A DNA stretch of 29,554 bases. Origin: an uncultured delta proteobacterium (GTDB taxonomy: Bacteria; Desulfobacterota; WTBG01; CAIYCZ01). The position numbers and the translations under genes were made by a program. The DNA lies in the NCBI GenBank assembly GCA_963803975.1, contig CAWDOY010000038.1:1-29554 (forward strand). Reading direction: 5' to 3'. Below are positions 18,837 through 27,009 of the stretch, piece by piece. The notes under the pieces are model-generated. The model saw only the letters and a list, made by a program, of their open reading frames with translations, searched no databases and was not told the origin of the DNA. How positions within the stretch are numbered: position 1 is the stretch's first letter; each line of letters starts with the position of its first letter.

Positions 18837-19916
18837 TCACGGATATTTGAATATCTGTCCCTGAAAATTCTTTACCAGCAGTGTTCCATTCTCCTCCCCC
18901 ACCACATATTCCGGAAGCAGCGGGATTTTGCCGCCGCCTCCCGGCAGGTCAATGACAAAGTGCGGAACGCACATCCCCGAAGTATGTTCGCGCAGTGCTT
19001 GCATAATGCTGAGTCCTGTGGCCAGCGCGGTGCGGAAATGGCCGGTGCCGCGCGCGAGATCCATCTGGTGGATGTAGTAGGGCTTCACCCGTATGCAGAG
19101 CAGCTTCTGCATCAGCTGCTGCATGACCGCGGCATTATCGTTTACCCCCTTCAGCAGCACGGTCTGACAGCCAAGGGGAATTCCCGCATCGCTCAGCAGG
19201 GCGCATGCCTGTGAGGCCTCGGGAGTAATCTCCGCCGGATGGTTAAAGTGGGTGTTAACGTACAGCGGGTGGAACCGCTGCAGGGTCTTTACCAGGCGCT
19301 TTGTTACGCGCTGCGGCAGCACGCAGGGCACCCGCGTGCCGATGCGGATGATTTCAACGTGCGGAATGGCCCGCACTGAAGCAAGAATATCTGCAAGCTG
19401 TTCATCCGCGAGCATCAGCGGGTCACCCCCGGAGATGAGCACGTCCCGCACTTCCCGGTGAAAGCGGATATAGGCAAGTCCATCGCTCAAGGTTTTATCG
19501 GTCACCGCAAACTGTTTGCCGATTTTTCGCTTGCGCGTGCAGAAGCGGCAGTGCACCGCGCACTGATTGGATACCAGGAACAGCACCCGGTCAGGATAGC
19601 GATGGGTTACATTCGGAACCGGGGAATATTCCTCTTCTGCGAGCGGGTCCTCCATTCCTGCAGTATCCATGAGCTCCGCTTCATCAGGCACCACCTGTTT
19701 CCACAAAGGATCTTCCGGCTCTTGTATCAGGCTGAGATAGTAGGGGTTGATCCGCAGGGGATAGCAGTCAATGACCTTTTGCATGGCTTCCCTGTCAATC
19801 GGGAAGCAGCGGGCAAGCTGCTCAGCTGTTGTTACCGCGTTTGCTGCCAGCTGCTGCCAGCTGGATCTCCCGGCAGGTTGCATAGAGAGTACGGTGGTGG
19901 CTGCTTTTCGAAGCAT
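18837..19916 (-). CDS. KamA-family radical SAM protein (lysine/glutamate 2,3-aminomutase-like)
   Basis: DPLAEE, HRYPDRVL, CAVHCRFCTRKR (CxxxCxxC), SGGDPL, RIGTR, NTHFNHP, QTVLLKGVND, PYY and PGGGGKIP (PLP Lys). Substrate not determinable from sequence here. Confidence 0.92.
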   Translation of the reverse strand: MLRKAATTVLSMQPAGRSSWQQLAANAVTTAEQLARCFPIDREAMQKVIDCYPLRINPYYLSLIQEPEDPLWKQVVPDEAELMDTAGMEDPLAEEEYSPVPNVTHRYPDRVLFLVSNQCAVHCRFCTRKRKIGKQFAVTDKTLSDGLAYIRFHREVRDVLISGGDPLMLADEQLADILASVRAIPHVEIIRIGTRVPCVLPQRVTKRLVKTLQRFHPLYVNTHFNHPAEITPEASQACALLSDAGIPLGCQTVLLKGVNDNAAVMQQLMQKLLCIRVKPYYIHQMDLARGTGHFRTALATGLSIMQALREHTSGMCVPHFVIDLPGGGGKIPLLPEYVVGEENGTLLVKNFQGQIFKYP

Positions 19917-19944
19917 GGCTGTAGAAAATAATTTGATTTATTTT

Positions 19945-20069
19945 CAGGCTGTTGAAAAACACCCATCTACTGCGTTGCGCTCATCCTTCGTCATTGCGGC
20001 GTACCACAAAGTACGCCTCATTCCTCGTGATTTCGCGTGCCTTGCATCTGAATGTTTTTGACCAGCCTG
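19945..20069. mobile_element. 125-bp MITE-like element, copy 2
   Basis: CAGGCTGTTGAAAAAC ... GTTTTTGACCAGCCTG, about 94% identical to the inverted copy at 7318..7442. Confidence 0.75.
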
Positions 20070-20458
20070 TGAAAAAACACCTTTTTAACAACCTGTTTAT
20101 TGTCCGTATAGTGCTATGCCGGCAGCTGTGGATTGTCAGTTGCATGGTTGAACTTTACCGGAATATATCATGGCGCAGCCCATATTTTCAAACAGTAACA
20201 GAGCCTGGTCGCGTTTCTGAAAATATTTCTTTATTGCCGGGATAGCGGATATAGTATAATATTCTCAATACTTAAAAGACCGCGGATATAAAACCACGGA
20301 GAGAATTGAGAGTTGGCGGGTCGTGGAGTTAAGGAGTTTCGGAGTTCTATAATTAATAACTCCACACTCTCAACGCCTAAACTCCTCGACTCTAAACTTA
20401 TCTACTCTGTACTCTGTGGTTATTTTTTGACAATACCGGATTTACAGCAGGGGATTCT

Positions 20459-21526
20459 ATGAAACGATATACAAAAAAGCGCTCAAAAAAGTCCTGGATG
20501 GCGCCGGGCACGCTCGTGCACATCGGGGAAAAGACCGTGGATATCACCGGGATCACGGTTATTGACTACAGTGAAACTGAGCTGCGGGAAGAAACGCTGC
20601 ACAGATCGAAGAATGCTTTTTATTAAAAGACAAGCCCACGGTTACCTGGATTAATCTTGAGGGCATTCATGATATACATCTGATTGAAAAGCTGGGGGCA
20701 TGTTATCAGATTCATCCGTTGACCCTGGAAGACATCCTGAACAGTGACCAGCGTCCCAAAATTGATGACATGGAGAATTATATCTTTATAGTTCTCAAAA
20801 TGCTGCACTACAATGACCAGGGCACTGATATTGTGTCCGAGCAGGTGAGCCTCATCCTCGGGCACAATTTTGTTTTTTCGTTTCAGGAGGGAATCAAGGG
20901 TGATGTGTTTGAGCCGCTGCGGCAGCGCATCAGGGGCAGCAAGGGAAAGATCCGCAAGATGGGGGCTGATTACCTGGCCTATGCTATGTTGACGGGATAG
21001 TGGATAATTATTTTACCGTTCTTGAAAAGCTGGGGGAGCAGATCGAGCTTCTTGAAGAAGAAGTGGTTACCGACCCCAAACCTGAAACCCTGCAAAAAAT
21101 ACACTACTTCAAAACGGGAGATGCTCTATATACGACAGGTGCATCTGGCCCCTGCGCGAAGTCGTTGCCGCGCTCGCGAAGAGGGAATCAGACTTGATAA
21201 AAGAGTCAACAGAGATTTATCTGCGGGATATTTATGATCATGTGGTGCAGATCATAGATACCATTGAAACATTCAGGGAAATGCTTTCCAGCATGCTTGA
21301 TATCTATCTTTCATCGCTCAGCAACCGGCTGAACCAGGTGATGAAAGTTTTGACCATTATCGCCACTATTTTTATCCCCCTCACCTTTCTCGCCGGCCTC
21401 TACGGGATGAATTTCAAATATATGCCTGAGCTGGAATGGCAATGGGGGTATCCCTTTGTTCTTACCATCATGATATCCGTCGTTTGCATCATGCTGTTTT
21501 TTTTCAGAAAACGGAAATGGCTGTGA
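20459..21526 (+). CDS. corA: Magnesium/cobalt transporter CorA (frameshifts near 20605, 20995, 21112)
   Basis: MKRYTKKRSKK..MAPGTLVHIGEK start, HPLTLEDI.N..QRPK, YLRDIYDH, MKVLTIIATIFIPLTFLAGLYGMNF.YMPEL.W..GY (GMN signature). Confidence 0.93.
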
Positions 21527-21658
21527 GCGAGCGTAGATGCACAGCTTATAGTTGAAATCAGGTAAAGCTGCCCTGCTTACGCCGCCGACGGTATAAATAA
21601 TAGCTACCGTTGCCTTGACAAAAACAAAAAAACAATGTAATTATTCTTTAAATTATAG

Positions 21659-21758
21659 ATTCTCCGAATCACTTTTTCTAAAGCCTTACATGCCATGAAG
21701 GGTGGTCAAAAGGGTTGTACTTGAAAAGGTACTGCCTCCCGTTTTTGGAAAGGAGAAT
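21659..21758 (+). ncRNA. Moco-family riboswitch aptamer, P3-less (Wco/tungsten-type) variant, copy 1
   Basis: P1 AUUCUCC/GGAGAAU. P2 AUCACUUUU/AAGGGUGGU enclosing a CUAA...AUG tetraloop-receptor-like motif. AGGGU, then P4 GUACUU-GAAA-AGGUAC, then GCCUCCCGUUUUUGGAAAGGAG, matching the moaA-type motif 3' end (GCCUCCCGUAUUUGGAAAGG). Confidence 0.88.
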
Positions 21759-21775
21759 TGGTCAAGTAACTATTG

Positions 21776-21809
21776 GCCAGTTCCGTTCTAATACGGGGCT
21801 GGCTTTTTT
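21776..21809 (+). terminator. Riboswitch expression-platform intrinsic terminator 1
   Basis: GCCAGTTCCGT/ACGGGGCTGGC stem + TTTTTT. Its 5' arm can alternatively pair with GAATTGGTCAA (antiterminator). Confidence 0.85.
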
Positions 21810-21837
21810 ATTATCACCCCATGGAGTAAAACTAATT

Positions 21838-23260
21838 ATGAAACACTTCCTAAGATACCCATCAATAAATCTGCTTCTGTTTGTATTAATTTTGCTATTT
21901 AAAATACCGGCGCACGCAGGCTGGGAACTGTTGACTTCCTGCTCCAACGAGCTATCAGTTGCGCGCAATCTGGGGCACAGCAAGCAATGATATATTTGCA
22001 GCTGGTGATTACGGAACGATTTTTCATTACAATGGAACTTCCTGGGGCACCATGTCGAGCGGCATCCCCCAAACTATCTACGGCGTATGGGGCAGTTCTG
22101 CAAGCAATGTGTTTGCGTGTGGCTGATCAAGGAAAAATTATACGCTATAATGGGTCTACTTGGAGTTCCATGACCAGCCCTACTGCTATAAGGCTTCGGG
22201 ATATGTGGGGCTCTTCCTCAAGCAATGTCTTTGCCGTTGGTGAGAGCGGGGTAATTTTACGCTATAATGGCAGCTCCTGGAGCACCATGATCAGCCCGAC
22301 GACTCTTACACTTCAGGGAGTGTGGGGCAGTGCCTCTAATAATGTATTTGCCGTTGGCGGGCCAAGCGCAAGCTCAGGCGGAGACCGTGGCGTAATATTG
22401 AAATATAATGGGAGTTCTTGGACAACCATATGGAATGATCCGTCAATTTTAAGATTTCACGATGCGTGGGGCAGTTCTGGAAATGATGTTTATGCAGTTG
22501 GAGAAGCAGGGGCAATCGTGCATACAACGAACGGTGGAACAAGCTGGTCTTTGATGTCAAATCCAGTTCTGGGAAGTACTGTGGTACTTCGAGATATATG
22601 GGGAAATGCTGCAAATAATATTTTTGCTGTCGGTGATGGGGATAATCTGACTGATTTTGGCACTACGATTATTCATTATGATGGAACGGCCTGGAGCATC
22701 ATGAAAAACCCGCGTGAGCAATATATCCTTAAACTTCCACGGCGTTTGGGGTAGCTCTGCAACCAGCGTTCTTGCTGTTGGTGAAGCAGGAACACTCCTG
22801 CAATTCGACAGTGATGGTGATGATGTGCCTGATTACCAGGATAATTGTCCAAACGATTGTAATACTGAGCAGCTTGATGCAGATAGCGATACCATCGGAG
22901 ATGTCTGTGACCAACACCCGGTTGCGGAGGATGCTCCGGGGTACAGTGCGAACAGGAGTGCATCCTTCCAGATACGGATAGTGATGGCATCCCCGACTTC
23001 AGAGATAATTGCCCCAGTGTTTCTAATCCAACTCAGACTGATACAGATCATGATAGCTTTGGTGACGTCTGTGACATTTGCCCTAACTGACCTCAACAGA
23101 TGATGCAGATAGTGATGGCGCTTGCGGGAGCGTTGACAATTGTCCAGGCAGATGTAACACCGGGCAGCTCGATGCGGATAGTGATGGTATAGGGGATGTG
23201 TGTGACCCGACACCTGGGTGTGGGGGCTGTGGTCTACCGCAGTGCGAACAACAATGCTGA
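21838..23260 (+). CDS. Secreted seven-repeat beta-propeller protein 1 with thrombospondin type-3-like Ca-binding repeats and Cys-rich tail (several frameshifts)
   Basis: Signal peptide [27 protein letters not shown]. Stitched repeats [48 protein letters not shown]. Then [15 protein letters not shown]...QLDADSD.IGDVCD repeats, ending [17 protein letters not shown]. Confidence 0.85.
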
Positions 23261-23315
23261 GATAATTTTATTGTTTTTAATATAAGATCATATTTTACGA
23301 ATTTATATTTTTCTC

Positions 23316-23344
23316 TTGACATATTTCAAATAATAACTTATTGT
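23316..23344 (+). promoter_or_regulatory. Sigma-70 promoter upstream of riboswitch 2
   Basis: TTGACA-N17-TATTGT, 15 bp before the aptamer. A TTGACA also sits at 21615-21620 before riboswitch 1. Confidence 0.6.
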
Positions 23345-23359
23345 TCTAAACGATTCTAT

Positions 23360-23459
23360 ATTCTCCGAATCACTTTTTCTAAAGCCTTAGATGCCATGAA
23401 GGGTGGTCAAAAGGGTTGTACTTGAAAAGGTACTGCCTCCCGTGTTTGGAAAGGAGAAT
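23360..23459 (+). ncRNA. Moco-family riboswitch aptamer, P3-less (Wco/tungsten-type) variant, copy 2
   Basis: 98/100 identical to copy 1. The two differences fall in the P2 and P5 loops. Confidence 0.88.
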
Positions 23460-23474
23460 TGGTTATTGAATAAT

Positions 23475-23510
23475 AGCCAGTTCCGTTTCTAATACGGGGC
23501 TGGCTTTTTT
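23475..23510 (+). terminator. Riboswitch expression-platform intrinsic terminator 2
   Basis: AGCCAGTTCCGT/ACGGGGCTGGCT stem + T run. Antiterminator GAATTGGTTATT/AATAGCCAGTTC. Confidence 0.85.
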
Positions 23511-23560
23511 ATTTATCAATTAACGTTTAACAATTTTTATTAATTTGAGAAGGAGGATTT

Positions 23561-24919
23561 ATGATTAGGAAGTTATTAAGTCGTATTATGTTTGCAGGTT
23601 TAATCATGGGGCTGGTATTTTTTACGTACGGCACGAATGCTTTTGCAGTTGTAGCCTGCGGCTGGAATCTGCAATACAACCCTGACCCGGATCCCAATGC
23701 CAATCAGCTCCGGGCAGTGTGGGGAGCATCTGGAAGCGATGTGTTTGCAGTTGGTGATATTGGGACTATACTACACACTACAGACAGTGGCAGCACTTGG
23801 ACCCCAATGACCAGCGGGACCGGTGTAAATATTTATGGCGTGTGGGGCACTTCGGGAACGAATGTCATAGCTGTGGGTGACAGTGGAAATATCCTGAGTT
23901 TTAATGGAACTTCTTGGAGTGCTATTGTCAGTGGCAGTAAGCGACTGAGAGATGTTTGGGGTACTGCAGCTGATAATGTAATAGTTGTTGGTGAAGATGG
24001 CATGATTCGAAGATATAATGGAAGTTTATGGAGTCAAATGACCAGCAATACGACCCTGACACTACAAGGCGTGTGGGGCAGTTCGGCATCTAATGTGTTT
24101 GCTGTTGGCGGGGCCAAGGAAAACCAGACCGGCAGTGCTATTGTTCAAAAATTTGATGGTTCAACCTGGAGTAATATTTTGACTTATACCTCGATTCCGC
24201 GATTCCACGATGCATGGGGAACTTCTGATACCAATGTCTATGTTGTGGGCGAGGCTGGAACCATTCTCCATACAACCGATGGCGGGACAAGCTGGAATGC
24301 AATGTCAGTTCCATCGGGAGTTAGCACAGTGACGCTTAGGGACATCTGGGGAACAGCAGAGAATGATATTTTTGCGGTTGGAGACGGACCTGCTGTACCC
24401 AACGGAAGCACCATTCTGCATTATGATGGCAGTGACTGGAGCATCATGAGTCATCCACGGGATAACAAAATAGTGAAGCTGCATGGTGTCTGGGGAAGCG
24501 CTCCTGACAATTTCTTTGCCGTTGGCGAGCCCTATATTGAACCAGATCTCATCACCAAGCATGGCACCATCGAACACTATTATGGTCCATGCACAACCTT
24601 AATCAGCCTCTCCTCATTTACCGCAACCCCTTTCAGCAAAGAAGTAGTTCTTGAATGGACAACCGCATCTGAGATTGATAATGCAGGGTTTAACCTGTAC
24701 CGCGCTGAATCTGAAAACGGAGAATACGTAAAGATTAATGATGAGTTGATTACAGCCCGCGGTTCATCAACTGAAGGCGCTTCGTATGAGTTTGCGGATG
24801 ATGGCCTGCAGAACAGAAACACCTATTATTACAAGCTTGAAGATGTAGACTTTGACGGCCAGAGCACCTTCCATGTCCCGAAAAAGGCAACGCCCCGGTG
24901 GATTTATGGGAATAGGTGA
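23561..24919 (+). CDS. Secreted seven-repeat beta-propeller protein 2 with C-terminal Ig/FN3-like domain
   Basis: AAGGAGG RBS, signal peptide and seven W-G-x4-V-F-A-V-G..G.I..Y.G..W repeats. C-terminal SFTA...V.LEWTTASEIDNAGFNLYR...YEF.D...YYYKLEDVDFDG domain. Confidence 0.9.
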   Translation: MIRKLLSRIMFAGLIMGLVFFTYGTNAFAVVACGWNLQYNPDPDPNANQLRAVWGASGSDVFAVGDIGTILHTTDSGSTWTPMTSGTGVNIYGVWGTSGTNVIAVGDSGNILSFNGTSWSAIVSGSKRLRDVWGTAADNVIVVGEDGMIRRYNGSLWSQMTSNTTLTLQGVWGSSASNVFAVGGAKENQTGSAIVQKFDGSTWSNILTYTSIPRFHDAWGTSDTNVYVVGEAGTILHTTDGGTSWNAMSVPSGVSTVTLRDIWGTAENDIFAVGDGPAVPNGSTILHYDGSDWSIMSHPRDNKIVKLHGVWGSAPDNFFAVGEPYIEPDLITKHGTIEHYYGPCTTLISLSSFTATPFSKEVVLEWTTASEIDNAGFNLYRAESENGEYVKINDELITARGSSTEGASYEFADDGLQNRNTYYYKLEDVDFDGQSTFHVPKKATPRWIYGNR

Positions 24920-24965
24920 AACGTGTAAAGTGAATACACACCGTGAAAAAAACAGGGAGTGAGAT

Positions 24966-25079
24966 ATGAAAAAAGAATATGAAGCACCAAAAGTAATAAC
25001 GTACTCTGAAGATGAGCTCATTGAAATGCTCGGTCCGGCCCAAACCTGCTCACCCAGCCCGTGCCCGACCTATCAATGA
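24966..25079 (+). CDS. 37-aa peptide with RiPP-leader-like YxxP motif and Cys/Pro tail (not in ORF track)
   Basis: MKKEYEAPKVITYSEDELIEMLGPAQTCSPSPCPTYQ*. AGGGAG RBS upstream and a terminator downstream. Confidence 0.7.
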   Translation: MKKEYEAPKVITYSEDELIEMLGPAQTCSPSPCPTYQ

Positions 25080-25114
25080 TAAAAGTCGGTAAAAACCATC
25101 GAACGTAAGGCAAT

Positions 25115-25150
25115 AAGGCGGGGCCGGAAATGGCCCTGCCTTTTCTTGTT
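25115..25150 (+). terminator. Intrinsic terminator after the small peptide
   Basis: AAGGCGGGGCC-GGAAAT-GGCCCTGCCTT followed by TTCTTGTTT. Confidence 0.65.
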
Positions 25151-25186
25151 TAACAACTGAACCCTTGAAACATATAAAAACGCATT

Positions 25187-26977
25187 ATGAAAAAAATATT
25201 TTATTTCGTCATTCTGTTTTTTTTGTCACTCAGCGCTGCACAGGCCGAGTGGTCGGTTCAATATAATCCTGACCCTGATCCCAATGCCAACCAGCTCCGG
25301 GCCGTTTGGGGCGCATCAGGCACTGAAGCATTTGCGGTGGGTGAATATGGCACCATATTGCATACAACAAATAATGGAACCGTCTGGAATCTTATGCCGG
25401 CTGGTATCATACAAACTATGTACGGTATCTGGGGCAGCTCAGCGACTGACATTTTTATTGTAGCCGATACAGGTATAATTCTGCGCTATGATGGCACTAC
25501 TTGGAGCACCATGACCAGTCCGGTAATAACACGGCTGCGTGATGTATGGGGCGTATCTGAGACGGATGTGTTTGCTGTGGGCGAAAACGGGGTGATACTG
25601 CATTATAATGGTACAGCATGGAGCAACATGACCAGCCCGACGACTCTAACGTTACAGGGTGTGTGGGGCACTGCAGGAAATAATCTATTTGCTGTAGGCG
25701 GGCCCAGTGCAAGCTCCGGAGGAGATCGCGGCACTATTTTAAAATATGACGGGGGAAAGTGGAGCATTATCTGGAACGATCCGTCAATTCTGAGATTTCA
25801 TGACATCTGGGGAAGTTCAGCTACCAATCTGTTTGCCGTGGGAGAGGCCGGAGCCATCGTGCATTCAACCAATGGCGGAACAAACTGGGAAGTTATGGAT
25901 AATCCCGCGCAAGGCAGTTCGGTCACACTACGAGACATTTGGGGAAACTCCGGGAGCGATATTTTTGCCGTCGGCGACGGTAATCCTGCAAGTGATTACG
26001 GCAGCACCATCCTGCATTATGACGGCAACGCCTGGAGCATTATGGATAATCCGCGCAGCGCAACATCCACAAAGCTGCATGGTGTCTGGGGCAGTGCAGC
26101 AGATAACGTATTTGCCGTCGGTGACAGATATATCGAAGAGGACGGGTTAACCACGCATGGAACGATTATGCATTATACCGGGACTGCTGCATCCACTTCC
26201 ACAACGTCCAGCACCTCCTCTTCAACGACCACCGCGCCGACTACATCGAGCAGCTCAACCTCCAGCACCTCCTCTTCAACCACCACCGCACCGGTCACAT
26301 CGAGCAGCTCAACGTCCAGCACCTCCTCTTCGACCACCACCGTACCGACTACCTCGAGCAGCTCAAGTTCCAGCTCCTCCTCTTCTACCACCAGCAGTAT
26401 CAGCGGAGGCAGTACCACCTCCCCATCTACCACGACAACATCAGCGGCAAGCACCACTACGACAGTGCCGGTAACAACCAGCAGCACAAGTACCGCTGCT
26501 GCAACCAGCACCTCTACCAGCTCTTCAATCACTACCAGCTCTGTCCCCATAACCAGCACCACTACCACCACGGTCTTCTGTGTAGTTGAGAAAATCTTTG
26601 ATGGTACGGACAAGCCTGAAGTTTCCATGGTCCGATCGTACCGGAACACGCGGCTCACTAAATCATTTACCGGCATCATGTTGATGTATCTCTACTATAC
26701 TCATTCTGAAGAAATGACACAGGTCTTAACCGCGCACCCGGCACTCTCTATGAAAGCTGCCGCACTTGCTAAGGAACTTATTCCTTCCCTGCAGTCCGGC
26801 CTGCAAAATAACAGTGCTATTGTTCTGACCGGGGACCAATATAACCGGGTGCTCGATATCCTCAGAGAGATGAGGGAAAAATCATCTCCGCGATTAGCCG
26901 GCGCCATAACTTTTGTTCTGAAAAAGCTTGCATCACCGGAACAATTAGAGAAAACAGGGGTGCTCGTGCGGCGCTGA
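25187..26977 (+). CDS. Secreted seven-repeat beta-propeller protein 3 with long Ser/Thr linker and CFI-box-CTERM-like C-terminal domain
   Basis: Signal peptide ending AAQA, seven WG repeats and a roughly 130-aa S/T linker. C-terminal C.VE..F....PEV..VR.YRN..L.KS.TG..L..LYY..S helical domain. Confidence 0.9.
   Translation: MKKIFYFVILFFLSLSAAQAEWSVQYNPDPDPNANQLRAVWGASGTEAFAVGEYGTILHTTNNGTVWNLMPAGIIQTMYGIWGSSATDIFIVADTGIILRYDGTTWSTMTSPVITRLRDVWGVSETDVFAVGENGVILHYNGTAWSNMTSPTTLTLQGVWGTAGNNLFAVGGPSASSGGDRGTILKYDGGKWSIIWNDPSILRFHDIWGSSATNLFAVGEAGAIVHSTNGGTNWEVMDNPAQGSSVTLRDIWGNSGSDIFAVGDGNPASDYGSTILHYDGNAWSIMDNPRSATSTKLHGVWGSAADNVFAVGDRYIEEDGLTTHGTIMHYTGTAASTSTTSSTSSSTTTAPTTSSSSTSSTSSSTTTAPVTSSSSTSSTSSSTTTVPTTSSSSSSSSSSSTTSSISGGSTTSPSTTTTSAASTTTTVPVTTSSTSTAAATSTSTSSSITTSSVPITSTTTTTVFCVVEKIFDGTDKPEVSMVRSYRNTRLTKSFTGIMLMYLYYTHSEEMTQVLTAHPALSMKAAALAKELIPSLQSGLQNNSAIVLTGDQYNRVLDILREMREKSSPRLAGAITFVLKKLASPEQLEKTGVLVRR
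26207..26392 (+). repeat. 54-bp tandem repeat (about 3.5 units) encoding the Ser/Thr linker
   Basis: Units start TCCAGC at 26207, 26261, 26315 and 26369 (SSTSSSTTT.P.TSSSST). Confidence 0.85.
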
Positions 26978-27009
26978 CCGCCTGATCCCTCATGCAGGAA
27001 AGATCTCAT

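Noticed and set aside
18837..19916. Assignment as EpmB or a specific lysine 2,3-aminomutase pathway gene
   Set aside because: No efp/epmA, ablB or lysine fermentation genes are adjacent, so only family-level assignment is supportable.
21659..23459. c-di-AMP, c-di-GMP or guanidine riboswitch, or simple assembly duplication, as explanation of the 100-bp duplicate
   Set aside because: It lacks those consensus elements and matches the Moco motif 3' end. The copies differ in loops and show compensatory changes downstream, which an assembly artefact would not.
24966..25079. Lasso peptide precursor
   Set aside because: The leader resembles one, but the core lacks the Asp/Glu at position 7-9 needed for the macrolactam, and no cyclase or peptidase is nearby.
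26207..26392. CRISPR array
   Set aside because: The repeats are contiguous 54-bp in-frame coding units without unique spacers, and there are no cas genes.
26173..26679. 168-aa Val/Glu-rich minus-strand ORF
   Set aside because: Antisense shadow of the Ser/Thr linker codons of propeller 3.
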